Positions 25,226 to 38,831 of a DNA stretch of 64,000 nucleotides are shown here, one piece after another. The notes under the pieces were generated by a model. It was given only the letters and a program-made list of their open reading frames with translations. It was not told the DNA's origin and did no database searches. Within the stretch, counting starts at the first letter, position 1. Each line of letters opens with the position of its first letter. Source of the DNA: Chrysemys picta bellii (Eukaryota); NCBI RefSeq assembly GCF_011386835.1, contig NC_088795.1, forward strand, positions 32,550,001-32,614,000. The letters run 5' to 3'. The position numbers and the translations under genes were made by a program.

Positions 25226-25535
25226 GTTTGTCTACAAAGAAAAAAAAAAAAAAACCAAAACCACAGCAGTGAGTCTCAGAGCCCAGATCAGCTGATGTGG
25301 GCTTGTGCTGTGGGGTTAAAAATAGTTGTGTAGACATTTCTGCTCAGGCTGGAGCCTAGGATCTGAAACCTGATGAGGAGGGAGAGCCTCAGAGCTTGAG
25401 CTCCAGCTCAAACCCAGATGTCTACCCTGTGTGTGGTGTTTTTTCTTTTTTAGCCTCTCCGTGCAAGTCCGAGTCAATTGACATGAGCTCTGAGACTTGC
25501 TGTTGCAGGGTTTCTTTTTCTTCTGTGTAGATGTA
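25226..25535. mobile_element. Palindromic Harbinger-type MITE
   Basis: GGGTTTGTCTAC start, GTGTAGAT end, internal inverted repeat AGTCTCAGAGC / GCTCTGAGACT. Confidence 0.7.
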
Positions 25536-26112
25536 GTGACTGGCTTTTGTACCAATATAATGTATGTTAGGTATGACTTTAAAAAACAAACAAACCAAAA
25601 TAGTTATACTGGTGCAACTACTCAGTTGTGCTGGTATAAAGGTGCTTTAGGGCTGCATAGATTATTCTTCTTTCTGTACAGGAATAAGCATTACAGGTGT
25701 AAAGCACTGCAGTCATACTAGGGAGGTTATATTGCTTTCTTTAACTATACTGGTATAATTAGTGGCACAACTTTTGTTTGTAGACTACAATTAATCATGT
25801 TTATTACAATAGTACCTAAGAGCCAACCAAGAATGGGGCCCCATTGTGCTAGGCATTCTACAATCAGAGTAGTAGACACTCCCTGCCTGAAGAGTTTATA
25901 ATCTAAACAGACTAGACAGACATAGGCTGAGGAAAGGGTTAGAACGCGCAAGCAGAATGAATAGTGTGATGGCAGCAAACATCATGTTAGTACCATGAAT
26001 TTGGTGTGTGGTGTTTTGTGTGTGTGTGTGTGAATTTAGTTAGGAGGGTATAAGCTGGATAGGATGGGATGGGAAGGATGAGGGGATAAGAGGGGGAGGT
26101 GTGGAGTGAAGC

Positions 26113-26235
26113 TAGGGTGACCAGACAGCAAGTGTGAAAAATCGGGAAGGGGGTGGGGTATAATAGGAGTCTATATAAGAAAAAGACTCAAAAATCGGGA
26201 TTGTTCCTATAAAATTGGGACATCTGGTGACCCTA
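26113..26235. mobile_element. hAT MITE (TAGGGTGACCA family)
   Basis: TIRs TAGGGTGACCAGA / TCTGGTGACCCTA; perfect 8-bp TSD AGTGAAGC (26105-26112, 26236-26243). Confidence 0.93.
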
Positions 26236-26957
26236 AGTGAAGCTGAGGTGAAGAGACTGGGGGTGGGATATGGGGAGGCTTGGCCCAATCAGCACAGGGC
26301 AGAGAAAGTCCAGTCAAAACCGTACAAAGTTCTCTGAATGTCCAAAGGTCGCTGCTTTGGCTATTTTTGCTCTGACCAGCTGGAGTCTCTGGATGACTCC
26401 TGTCTGCAGTTTCCCCAAGGCCGCATGGTGGAAGGAAGCATCATCTGGTTCTAGTAGAGGGTGGTGGTCTTAGACAAGGCCTTACCTTCTTAAAAATTGA
26501 TCTGAGCAGTTTAACTTGTTCAGTGGTTGTCACACACATTACAGTAAAGAACTATTCTCACATTCACTGAGGGTTTTGTTCATTGGTTGACAACCACTTT
26601 AATTCCATACAAAGTAACATGCTAACAAAATGTTAATTGTGAGATTGTAACCTTGCAAAACTCAGGAAATTAAATTATTGTGATTCTATTCTGAATATTG
26701 ACTTAGCACACACAGGAAGCATATTATACAAAGAATTACCGGCTTATTGTATTGTCATATAGAAATGTCACTGTTTCTCCTGAACAGCCAAACACAGATT
26801 TGAGGGAGCGAGCTTGACTTTATACTTGCTCACATATTAACAAGAGCTGTTATTAATTCAGAATTACAGAGCTCACTTCTGTTCTCAGTTACACAAGGGG
26901 ATTGCACCAGTATAGGGAAGACACTTAAAACGGTTGGCCAGTAGGATGTATTATTAG

Positions 26958-27092
26958 CATAGGTGCTGGAACTAGGGGTCTTGGGGCTGCTGTGTCCCCT
27001 GGCTTGAAATGGTTTCTATTATATACAGGGTTTATAGATGGGTTCAATGAGTCTCAGCACCCCCACTATATAAATTGTTCCAGCGCCCCCTG
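26958..27092. mobile_element. hAT MITE (CATAGGTGCTGGAAC family)
   Basis: TIRs CATAGGTGCTGGAAC / GTTCCAGCGCCCCCTG; perfect 8-bp TSD ATTATTAG. Confidence 0.9.
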
Positions 27093-27629
27093 ATTATTAG
27101 GCACTTGCATCAAATTCATGTCTATTACCTAATGATATGTAATTATCTAAGGGAAGCAAATGTAGTGAGTGGAGGGCTTATTTAATCAGTTTGATGATAG
27201 TAGCTTGTTTTTGGCTGATCCATATTCTACAAAATATGGATGTTTTAAGGTAGCAATTTAGTACTGCCACAGAATTTTCAAAAGCCATAGATGACTGTTG
27301 TCTTTGACTAAACAGTTTATTACATGCCTTTTGTTTGACTTCTGACAAAAATTGTGAATTCTTACAGGGATGATCAGACTCAAGTTGATGGTGTGAAACA
27401 CCAGACATAAACAAAAAAAACCTGATGTTTCATTGATGTTCTAGATCTCTTCCCAGAAATAACACCGAGAATTTGTGGAATGGAACTACTTTCCAGTAAA
27501 AACATCACAGTAATTGTATTAAATGAATGATTCACATTCACATAATCTCTTAAATATGGCAGTATTGATTTTTGTTGGACTGACTGATTTGACTGTTGTG
27601 GCATAGACTCCATTCTTTACAAATAACTC

Positions 27630-28110
27630 CTAACAATAATTCTACTACCTCATGCGGGGATCCTGTCTGATCTCACAAACTAAGCATAGCCAGGCCAGAT
27701 TAGTACTTCAACAGGAAACCTAACATGGAACACACAGGATGCTGTAGGGAGGGATGTTGGAGTTTCAGCAGCTGGCATTTTCCCTGCAGTCTCTAGCATG
27801 CTGTGCTGCTGGAAGTGTTTTCTTTCAGAAGAGATGTAAAACCAAGGTTCTGACAATTTGTGGACACTAACAACCTGTGGTCTTTTTCTGAAAAGAAAAA
27901 GTGCTAGAGTAGTTGACTGACAAAAATTCCACCTCAAGTAATTGCTGTACATTCTCCCTACCTAAAATCCATTCAACTTCAATTGATACAGTATTCCATA
28001 TTCCTATCCTAAATGGTTGTGTAGTGTTGCTGTGTACAGTTAAAAGGTTGCCTTGTTTCACCCTAGATATGGTTGCATTTCAGTATTGAAGCGATCTCCA
28101 TATATCGCTT
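27630..28110 (+). mobile_element. AmnSINE1-like 5S rRNA-derived Deu-domain SINE, near full length
   Basis: 5S head (GTCTGATCTC..AACTAAGCA..GGCCAGATTAGTACTT..GGAAACC...GATGCTGTAGG), then CTGTGCTGCTGGAAGTG..CTTTCAGAAGAGATGTAAAACCAAGG and GTTGTGTAGTGTTGCTGTG..GTTAAA..TGCATTTCAGT, matching my recall of the AmnSINE1 consensus. Confidence 0.8.
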
Positions 28111-28229
28111 ACTTCAGAGGAGTTGTGTGAAGTTATAGCTAAAATCTGTGTAAGTATTTTGTGGCCTATTGAATAAACGGTACTGTAGAAGAACAAAGTA
28201 TTAGCTATTAAGAGTGCTACTTACAGAGT

Positions 28230-28330
28230 CACTACTAACATTTTCTGTGGCAACTAGGTTTTCCTGGGAGGTCTCCTATCTACAATTACTGACCAGTCAT
28301 GACTCTGCTTAGGGAAGCTTTGAGAAGATC
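28230..28330 (-). mobile_element. Second 5S rRNA-derived SINE head
   Basis: Minus strand CTAAGCAGAGTCATGACTGGTCAGTAATTGTAGATAGGAGACCTCCCAGGAAAACC aligns to the 5S internal control region. Confidence 0.65.
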
Positions 28331-28765
28331 TAAACATAAAGTGTTAAGACTTATTTAAAAGCTCTTTAGCTTTCCATTTGGTTTCATGCTAACACTTTCT
28401 CTTCCTGTAAAGCTGTAACGATTAACCTGTTAGTACAGGCATTCACTTCAGACTTCCATTGGCATTCAGTGTGATCCACTAGAAGTCAGACATAAAAGGA
28501 TGTCTGTAGCAACTATTCAGTGTGAATGCATAAATGTCTGGTCAGCCTATGTAATAACTTGCATTGTGAACTGAGGGTAATAAACAGTAGAATAAAAGTT
28601 ATAGGGCAGAGATAGTATAGCTGTATGGGTAGCCATAAGACAAACTGCTTCACACATACAATGTCCTAGGAAGAACAGAGAACACTGCAGGATGTGGCAC
28701 CTGGCTAATCATGAGGTGAGAGTACAGTGGCCCAAAGAAGACAAACTAGTAATTGTATCTCAGTG

Positions 28766-28875
28766 AAAAGAACAGGAGTACTTGTGGCACCTTAGAGACT
28801 AACAAATTTATTAGCGCATAAGGTACTCCTGTTCTTTTTGCGGATACAGACTAACACGGCTGCTACTCTGAAACC
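28766..28875. mobile_element. 110-bp mini Penelope-like insertion
   Basis: AAAAGAACAGGAGTACTTGTGGCACCTTAGAGACTAACAAATT head and GTACTCCTGTTCTTTTTGCGGATACAGACTAACACGGCTGCTACTCTGAAACC tail (inverted pLTR arrangement); perfect 12-bp TSD TGTATCTCAGTG (28754-28765, 28876-28887). Confidence 0.85.
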
Positions 28876-29562
28876 TGTATCTCAGTGCTACAGCCTAAGC
28901 AGTGTTTTTTGTTGATAATGTTAATATTACAATATTTTTAATCACAAAAGCAATGTCTGCCACTGAAATATCTTAGTCTATTAGGTTCCTAAATACCTTG
29001 AAGGATATGGGCTTATCTGCCTCTTTAGTATCCCAATTTCACCATTTAAGTATCACTGATCTTTTCAGAACTGCCATTCAGCTGCCTCATAACCCTCTAG
29101 GCACCTAAGTTTCTGCTGGTCAGCATTTGAAAAGCTGCCTAAGCACTAATGCCACCCACAGCTACTTAGAGCCTTAGCTCAAGTTGACATTTCCAGAGGC
29201 CCCAAAGGAGGATTCTGAAATTAGGCAAGGGAACACCTATCTTGTCAGCTGTCCCTAATACCACAGCTTTGCTCTGAGTGTGCTAAAATCCTGTCATACC
29301 CTGTGGCAGGGGGATTGGATGCAGGCCATCAACGTTGGGGAGCAGCAGAGCACCTGCACAAAAGGGCACAGAGAAAAGAAGGGTGAGTATGAGAGGAACA
29401 TGTGTGGGGAGGGGAGATTGTGTGTTGGTTGCTAGGTCATGGGCTACTTATATGGCTGACCTGGCTTGCATGACTAATTCGGGGCATGGTTCAGGGCACA
29501 GGATCCCAAGTGGAGGGAGGCACCTATTTCTGACTCATCAGCCACATACACCAGGTCAGCAG

Positions 29563-29654
29563 CAAATGTCTACAATGCAATTTTACAGCCCCACTAACCT
29601 GAGTCACCTGTCTTGGGTCAGCTGGAAGTGTTTAATTGCTGTGTAGACATACTC
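29563..29654. mobile_element. Harbinger-type MITE
   Basis: ATGTCTACAATGCAATT ... AATTGCTGTGTAGACATAC inverted termini. Confidence 0.7.
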
Positions 29655-31289
29655 AGAGGGGTTAGGCATTGCAACACTGAGTGGAGGAATGCCAAAGTTC
29701 CTTTGAAGATCTGGGCCCTAGTATTTAGCACAAATTTATAATAGCAATGCATTGCATGTAAAGCTCTCTAGCAGTCCCTCACCTGACTCATTCAGTAAAA
29801 GAATAAAACAGTATTGGTGACAAAATCAAGATGCTCGTCAGCAGAAGTGAGAGGGATTAAAAACTGGATATCTAATAGGAATTTTGCAAAAAAAAGAGTG
29901 ATCTGGTAAGTATTGCTGTATTAATGTAAAATAAATAAAAAGTTTCTCTTCCAAGCATTAAACTGGAGGAACACAAGATAATTAGAAAACAATTGCAATG
30001 GAATATAGTTATGTAAGATAAAATAAGAATCCTGGTTGGGATATAGGTGTGTACAATACCTGGACTTCCCTTTCCTTACGGGGGGTATAAGAAACAAAAT
30101 ATCACCAATAAACTTCCAAATCTGAGAGACTATGGATTTTTTTTCATGACTTTCAACAGTAGAATTGGGCCCTAAAACAACATCCATTCCTATACCATAT
30201 AGGCATGGAGAAGAAGAGTGAACTATTATAGCTTATAGGTTGATGTTGCTGTTAAAACTAATGGTTTTTTTTTTCTTCCTTCCATTTCATTTTCATGTTC
30301 TCTTTGGATCACATTTGGGATCTGGAAACTACAATAAGAATTTCCTGTGTTTGCCTCCTTCAGAGTTCTTTTTAGTGCAAGTTTCAATTTGCATTAGCTT
30401 GATCAATGCTTAGGTTTTTGAAAGCGAATTGTGAAGCACCATTAGCTGATGCAATGTGGAACTTAATGATGTCCTGAGATGTCAGAAAGAGCTCTTTAAT
30501 TTCATCTTGGTCTATTCTTTCTAACAAGAAATGGATAACAATAATAAACAAAACAATACTGGCTTGTGAGGGGGAAATGTAAAGAATGAGAAACTACAAC
30601 CTTAGCCAATCAAAGAGCTATTAAGTCCTGAATCATACGGATCAGAATAAAAACAAACTTTGCTCTTTAATACATATTTTTGTTCCTGGCATTGGCTCCT
30701 TCACCCACTGTGATTCCTATGAATATTTGAAGTGCAAGCTGTAGCAAATGATATTCAAAAACTGAAGACTGGGAATTTAAAATTTTTTTTTCACCTTAAA
30801 TGAGAGGAAACAGAAGGGTCTGATAAAGAATATAGGTTACTTGCAGCATGGCTTCATGGAGCTCTTTCTCCATACAGGAGGATCTTATTTTGGTGAGCAA
30901 AGCTGAGGTTATACCTTAAGTGCAAATTTCTTATTGGACAGCTTGACTGCCAATGGCCTTATGTGTTCTGAACCCAGTTATTAAGCATATAGAAATGACC
31001 TGTTTTCCAGTACAGCCACAGATACATAAAACACAGTACCACTGTGTCTCTTGTAAATTACTGGTAGTTGTTTCTAGGTTTTAATTACTCCCAAAAAATC
31101 AGCATAATTACTCTAATCACCCAAGATCAAGTACAATGTAAAACCATACTTATCTGTGACTATTATTATAATCTTTATCTAGAACACTTTGAAAGACCGC
31201 TAACACCAGCCTAACCTGGATATCTGGAAATATACTAGAATAAATTATTGAACGATGAATTTGTTCAAACCTACAGGATAATAAGGTAA

Positions 31290-31910
31290 CAAGTAATAGC
31301 CAAACTAATCGAATTTCCTTGACACAATAACTAGCCTAATGGATAGGGGAAAGAAGTAAATGTGATGTATCTGGAATTTAATAAGGCTTTTGACACAGTC
31401 CCCCATGATATATTCATTAGAAAACTAGGAAATATAGTCTAGATGAAACAACTGTAAGGTGGTTGAAAAACCATAATTAAAGAGTAATTATCAATGGTTT
31501 GCTGTCAAACTGAGGATGTCTAGTGGGATTCTGTAGGAGTTTGTTCTGGGTTGGTAATAGTAATATTTTATTTAATGACTTGAAAGATTACACTTAAAAT
31601 CTGTGAACACCACCGTGCTGGGAGGGGTTGCAAGTACTTGAGGACAAGATTAGAGTTCATAGTGGTCTTGATAAATTTAAGAATTGGTCTGAAATCAATA
31701 AATTAAAGAGAAATGTAAAGTAATGAGCTTAGGAAGAAAAAAATTAATTGCATAAATACAAAATGGAGAACAACTGGATAGGCAGCGGTACTGCAGAAAA
31801 GGGGCTGGAAGTTATAGTGGATCACAAATTGAATATGAATAATAGTGTAATACTTCTGCAAAAAAGACAAATGTAATTCTGGGATGTTTCAATAGGAGTG
31901 TCGTAAAAAG
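31290..31910 (+). mobile_element. Old CR1 RT fragment
   Basis: AATTTCCTTGACACAATAACTAGCCTAATGGATAGGGG..GATGTATCTGGAATTTAATAAGGCTTTTGACACAGTCCCCCATGA continuing to the RT thumb region; many indels. Confidence 0.85.
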
Positions 31911-32684
31911 GGACAGTAATACTTCCTTTCTTCCACTCTTCATTTGTCTTATTTGTTTAGAATGTAAACTCTTGGGGGAGGGACTGTCTTTCTATTTGTA
32001 TGTATTACAACAATATGAAAATATGCATAAATTAAGTAACAAAGGAGTATAAACAAAACTCATGATGGTGTGATGAAGTATACATATTTTAAAGACACTT
32101 GTTTGGGAAGGCTCTATAAATTAATAAGTGGTTCACCGCTTGTGAATAATGGGATAATACCAAACTCTCTTCAACCACATTGCCAACTCCAAGCATCCCA
32201 AAATCATGAATCAGGTCCCAGAAATAATAAAGTTATCCTAAGAACCATGAGATTTTAAAAACATCATCATGGGTTCTTTTAGCCATCTGTTTTTTCAGCA
32301 ATTAGGATTCTCATTTCTAAACTTCTTGTGTGCGTGCGTGCACACACATATGTAAGGGCCAGAGACTGACTTCCTTTTATAAAATGAAAGCTCAGATTCT
32401 CATATAATCACATGACTCCAGGAGCTGAGGTTTTAACAAAAAAAAATCCCCCAACAAAACATGAATATGGCAACACTTTGTCGTATCAACATTATCTGTA
32501 TAAGCCACACTGTCATGTATTCTACATTTCTATACCACTACTTGTGTTCTGCTTTACAAATGGAATACTACACATTTCCTTCCTTGAAGAGCTCTCAGTG
32601 TAGCAGTTAGACACCTAGGATGTGCATTAGCTGGCTCCTATTGCATGCTGCCTATGTAGGTGATACTCTCTTGGATGACCGTAG

Positions 32685-33207
32685 AAATAATAGAATTGTA
32701 GGGCTGGAAGTAACCTTATGAGGCCATCCAGTCCATTGCCCCCATACTGAGGCAGGATTAGGTACCATCCTAGACCATCTAACATGTAGGTTTTTAAGAA
32801 CTATGATGGGGATTCCACAACCTCCCTAGGTAACCTGTTCTAGTGTTTAACTAGCTTTCGAGTTAGAAATCTCCCTTGCTTGAAGATGAAGCTACTTTCT
32901 TCCTGTCCTACCCTCTGTGAATATGGAGAACAGTTGATTACTGTCCTTTTTATAACCTTTTACATATTTGAAAACTGTTTTTCTCTTTCCCCACTTAGCC
33001 TCCTCTTCTCTAGACTAAACATGCCCAATTCTTTCAACCTTTCCTCATAGCTCATGTTTTCTAAACCACTTCCTTTTTGTTGCTGTACTCTGTCCAGTTA
33101 GTCCACAACTTTTGTAAAGTGTGGTGCCCAAAACTGGATAAATTACTACAGCAGAGGCCTCACCAGTGCTGACTAGAGTGGAACAATTATCTCCCATGTC
33201 TTACGAT
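32685..33207 (-). mobile_element. CR1 3' fragment
   Basis: ATAGAATTGTAGGGCTGGAAG..CCATCCAGTCC..GGGGATTCCACAACCTCCCTAGGTAACCTGTTC..CTAGACTAAACATGCCCA is an antisense CR1 3' end. Confidence 0.85.
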
Positions 33208-33210
33208 GCT

Positions 33211-33213
<3 letters not shown>

Positions 33214-33246
<33 letters not shown>
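33214..33246. repeat. (GT)n microsatellite
   Basis: Direct reading of the sequence. Confidence 0.95.
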
Positions 33247-33249
<3 letters not shown>

Positions 33250-36200
33250 TCCTTAAAAATTGTGCCTACATATTAAAATTGACACTGGTTCTAGTTTAAA
33301 AAAAAAAGTACTTAATTTAATATTTTCCCAATATGATTTCAGTGTTGTGGGTTTAAAAAAAAAAGGCGCAGTTCATGGAAACATTCTCTATCTCCCTCTT
33401 AAAGATAAGGTTGGTTTCTACTTGCTCTATTTTATGCAAATTAGAGTTCTTCTAGTTCCTGGCCAGTCTTAGGTGGAGGAAAGTTTGGGCACTCTAACAA
33501 ACCACTGTGCCTTTCCTTGCTCACAGATCACTTTTAAAATATAACATGAGCCTTGAAGACATGAGAAATACAACAAACTACATAGCTGCTAACCTGAAAT
33601 ATTTTTGGCACCAGCCCATACGTCTTTCAAAACAATTCATGAATATTAAGAGAATATTTCCTTAGGAATGAAGCATCAGGCCATTTGAAGTGCTCGGGCT
33701 CCCTCCATTCAGCTTTTCTGCTCCCACTAGAACACGGTCATTAGTTAAGTTTTGACCATCTTTGACGAACACAATTTATTTAGATATTTATCAGCACCAA
33801 AAGATTTTTCAAATTCCTTAAGTTGTTTCTGCAACCTATTAAAATAGATGGAATATTTTGGCTGGTATTAATTTTCCCCTTGGATTTTCATAGCCTTGCT
33901 AGGCAGTAATTAGCAGCAGCCACCCAAGGGCTTGCTGCATGTTCATTATGTGGAAATTAATCTCTTTTCTAGTTAGAAAAAAAAGAAAACTTACATCTGA
34001 TTTCTCCTGGACTAGCCAGGAAACTGCTAGAACCAGACAAGTGTCTCTGACATCCTAACCCAGACAACTTTCTCACTAACTGTCCCTCAAAAAGGACAGT
34101 TTAAGACAGAGCACAAAACTACCATCTGCCTCATAGTGTTGGGCAACTTTCTCCTACACAAGGTTGTATTAATAGTACTCATCAATCAATAATAGACTTA
34201 AGCTCTCTCCACTGGCTTTTTATGGCCAAGCTGATTTTTGCATCTAGTTCAGTAAAAATTGTCCAAACATCAGAACATCCATCAGCGAGACTGAAGGAAA
34301 TCCAACCAGAAAAGAGGGCCCGTTTCTCACTTCCTCTTCCCCCCCCCCCCCCAACACTATTCTCCATGCCAGAGGGGACTAGACTTTGCAAGTGCTATGT
34401 CAGAGGAACAGGATGACCGTTGTCATCTCCAGGCTTCACAACGCACTATGTTGGTCTACCTTTTTGGGGGGGAAAGCTACTGATCATTCCTGCCTTTTAA
34501 GTGAGTTAGGCTGATAGAGCATCCAGTGAGGGTGAGCTGCCACCAGTAGGCAGAGGCTGTCCATATACCGAGTTAGCAAATACACCTTGCAGTACAGTTG
34601 TGTTGACATTTGACTTTTTTTTTTTTTTTAACAACCTATAGGGAAGGAGAAGGAAGAACAGAGAGAATGAGTCCTTTGCTTTTCTTATTGCAACTTTCCT
34701 CTGAGAATCTCAATGCAGCTAATGAATTAAGCCTCCCACTACCATTGCACTGTACAATGTGGAGTACTGGAATGTTCAGATGACGTTTAATTTCCCACCC
34801 TGTTAGGTTCTCCAGATGCCACTATACAGAGGCACCATTAAAATCTTTACAATTGCTATTCGCAAGTTATTAGAATTACTGCAGTATGTGACTTAGAAAT
34901 ATTTCACCTGTAACATTACTAGACCAAAGGCAAAACAGTAAATATTTTAATGGCAACCACTGTTACACACACATGCATACTTTGCCTGTATGTGCCGCAA
35001 ACATGCACTCTTAACATTGTGTTATCAGATACCATAGTGATGTGCACAGTGTAAATTTTTTTTATAAATAGACTATTGTGTTGTTACTAGAATAAATCCA
35101 CCCAATTAAACACACAACCTGCAACCCAAGATGAAAAAAATGCAGCAACTCTCTCATGGTTGCCTGCTGATCTGTGAATCAGCAGTAGAGGAAAGGGAGA
35201 CCAAATGTGGGGCAGGGGAACACTAAGTGAAAACTAAGCTAACTCCAATAGATTCTGCAAATGTGGGTAACTAAGAGTACCCAGATTAATTTCCACACAG
35301 TCTTCCAGAGCCATGAGCTCTCTTGTGTTGCTTCAGCTGCTGATAGGGGCTAACCAGAGGAAATGAAAAATCAGAGTTGAAAGCAACTTTAACAGTGGCT
35401 GAAATGTTATTTATTTGAATAACACAGAGAAACAGCACTAGGAATGTAAAGAAAAACCTTATTGCTGATAAACAAAAGATTGTTTAAAATTAGAATGCAG
35501 AAACTGACAGTGATTGCAATCCATTGGAAGATATGGGTGGCACCTGTGCCTTTTATCATCCTGGATCCTTAAACCTAAACACTGGGTTATTCAAAATGCA
35601 ATAGCACATGTTTTGAGGACAAGAAGCTCACAAGCAGTGGGTGAGGTGGAAAGAAGGCTTTGAGATGTCAACAGCATTGGAGGCTATATGCTATAGTTAG
35701 TACCTTCTGGTTTACTTACATGACGGACTTCATAGTGTACATGTCTCAAACACAGTGCTGTCAGAACAGATGTGAGTCTCGGGAGGTTTGTCTGAGTAAA
35801 GATTACAGTTTTGGTCTCCAAGTGCTTAGAATATTTTGTATTACTATAAACCAGAAAAAGGAAGACCTCTATTTGATCAGATTAATTCTTAAATGGTTTA
35901 AATAAAGCTTTTGGAGATTTAGTTTACCACTTTGAGGGTTTTCAGCAAAAACTCTGCACCATCCAAGGTACAGCCATCAGTAGTATTTACACAACAGATG
36001 CTTAAAGATTATACTCCAGTCTTCCAATGCGTTACAAAGATCTCAGACTGGTGCTTGAAGTTTAGTACAGCATCTGTTACAACAAAGAAATAGGAGGATG
36101 AATTGACACTAGAGTTCCAGAAACACCTTTGAATTCCTTTGCTTTTGTTGATTTGTATCACAACTAAATCTGTGGAAATAACTGATTTTTTTTGTTTTTG

Positions 36201-38709
36201 TTTGCTTGCAGTTCCCAAATACCAAATAAAAATTCATTTTATCAACCCAAAACTGACACTTTTTTTTGAAAATTGTGGCAAATTAAAGGAGAAAAAAATC
36301 ATTTGTTTTGATTTTGAGCAGCTTTATTTACATTTTTATGTTTTATATAAAACTGAAGGAACTTTCAAAACCAAAATGGATAACATCAAAATGTTTCATT
36401 TTGGAAAATTTTGAAAGAAAACATTTTGGCTTTTAATTTTGGGTTTTCAATGCAGAGAAACTGACAGAATTTAGCAAAATGTTTTGGTATCACTGCATTT
36501 GTATTGCAGAAAAAAATTTCTCCGCTCTAATCACAATATTAACATGACATTAAAAACTGTATGCACTAAATGGTAACAAAGTGTGACAGCTAGAAACAGA
36601 ACCATGTATTATGTGTCATGACAAAAACTAAGGAAATTAAAGATGTCAGAAGTAACTAAAAGCTCAAGCTAAGTTTTTCTGAAAGTGCCAGTGGCTCCAC
36701 AGTTAAAGTTGAATTTTGTTTATTGTGTGTTTTTAAAGCAGATATTAAGCCACTTTGATAGCTATGAAAAATACTTCCCCAAAATTAAAGCACTTACTCT
36801 TTGGGGAAATGCCATTCTACATACCCTACTTCAAATAACAGTGTATATGGGTTATTTCTGTATGCATCCTGATTCTGAATAACATAGCTCACATATTATC
36901 AGACTTCACTAGATTGCCTCATTGCTTTCATGTAGGACTTTTATATCCAGCATGCCATTAGAGGTGCAAGATTAATTGGAGAGATGTGGAGTTGATTTGG
37001 CAAGCAGATACAAGTACAGGCAATAATGCAATATCAAAAAACAGAGAGAGGTGACCAGCTGGGGTGTAGACCTAAAGCTACACAGACTACATAGACAGAT
37101 GATGGTTAATGGGAAATGTATTTTAAATAGGTGTGGCTGTGCAATTCAATTTAAGATTTTTTAGACTGGGACTTGCATCATTTTACTAAAAGAATGATAC
37201 AGATATGGGGGATTAAGGTAATTAACAGGAAGATGCACAGTTTATTTCTAAACCCAGGATGCAGAGTGTGGACACTTGTTGAGCCAGATTGTGACTCTGT
37301 CACTCACATTGGTGAACATGAGTTGAAGTCAACATGAGTACTATTGAAGCCAGCTGCTTGTGAGTGCTCACCATTGTGTACCCAAACTGGCCCTTAGGAA
37401 TTCTGTCCTCACATAACTCCCATTGATCACCTTTACAGCAGATCTGAATAAGGTCCTTTTTTATTATTTTAATAATTGATTCATAGTTCTCATTGTTCAG
37501 TTGATTATATTTAGTTTAATTATCATAATTTAAAGTTGAACAACATAAAATGCTCTTGGTCTTGCAGTATTATTCTGTGCATAAGAGCATCTGGTTAAAA
37601 ATAATTGGAATTGATCCCTGTTCATAGTTTGTAAGAGGAAATGCAGAAGAATTGCAGACAATATTTCTAAGTATTTAAGGCCAGGTTTTCAAAACTGCTC
37701 AGTTAAAAAAATTCCATAGGTCTCTGTGAAGTGTCAGGTTTGCCTATCTAAACTCTGCTTAGAACTGATTACTTCAGTGGCAAAAAGTATATTAACACTA
37801 CTAAGAGAGAAAGAGCTAGAGTCTATTCTGGCTTGTGCATCAGCAGCAGAAGCTGGAAAGCCACATTCTGTCCTCCATTACGTCTGGGTAACCAGGTTAA
37901 GAATGGAGTTGCAGAGGTGTGACAGGACAGAATTTGACTGCAGAATCTTCAGCATTGGCACATGAGAAGTAAAGAACTCAGCTCCATTTTTGATTCCAAG
38001 TTGAGTTGCAGGGCTTGGCAGTTAGGAAATATACCTTTTATTTCATAAATGAGCAAATTGGATCTGGAAATCATCAATAGACAGTAAATATGGACCTCCT
38101 CAATGCCATTTTTTAGTCACTTCCCAGAGTATAACTGCACCTTAATGATAAGTGTTTGTGACCTAACCACTATGTAGATGTGGCCTTTAAATGTTAAGGG
38201 AAATATGGCTCCTGTTCTGATGAGTTATGTCTACTGTTCTTAAAGACAAAGGGCCACATTCTCCTCTGGTGTTGCTCTACTGACTTCAACAGAGTTACAC
38301 CAACAGAATTGGGCTCAGAGAGAGAATGACAGGATCCTGAAAGCAGCAATGTGCAGTAACCAACACAAAGGTTGAGACATGATGTCAGAGCGAGAGCTCC
38401 ACAGTTGCAGTCTAAAAGGTTAGAACCTGCCTCTAGTGAAAGATTGATACCGTCTGTTGCTTCTTATAGCAGAGCTTACAATTTGATTTCGGTCCTTTGG
38501 GCTCTAACATTTAAAAAGTCAGCACTTGAGAGATTCATTCAGTTATTTCAGCCACGTATCTATTTCTGAAAGCACTCCTGAGTGAGAAGAGGCAAAAGAT
38601 CAAAGATGGCTGCCAAAGAAACGGTAAATAAATAAGGTAGCATACATACATAACCTGGTTCAGCACTCAAAAGTTAGAAAATGCCAAAGTAGAGATTATC
38701 CCTTGTGCA

Positions 38710-38831
38710 TAGGGTGACCAGATGTCCCGATTTTATAGGGACAGTCCGATATTCAGGGCTGTATCTTATGAAGGCACCTATTTCCCCCCACCTCCGTCCC
38801 AATTTTTCACACTTGCTATCTGGTTGCTCTA
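38710..38831. mobile_element. hAT MITE (TAGGGTGACCA family)
   Basis: Left TIR TAGGGTGACCAGA, degenerate right TIR; perfect 8-bp TSD CTTGTGCA. Confidence 0.9.

Noticed and set aside
27630-27750. 5S rRNA gene
   Set aside because: Heavily diverged and fused to a SINE body; no T-run terminator or tandem array.
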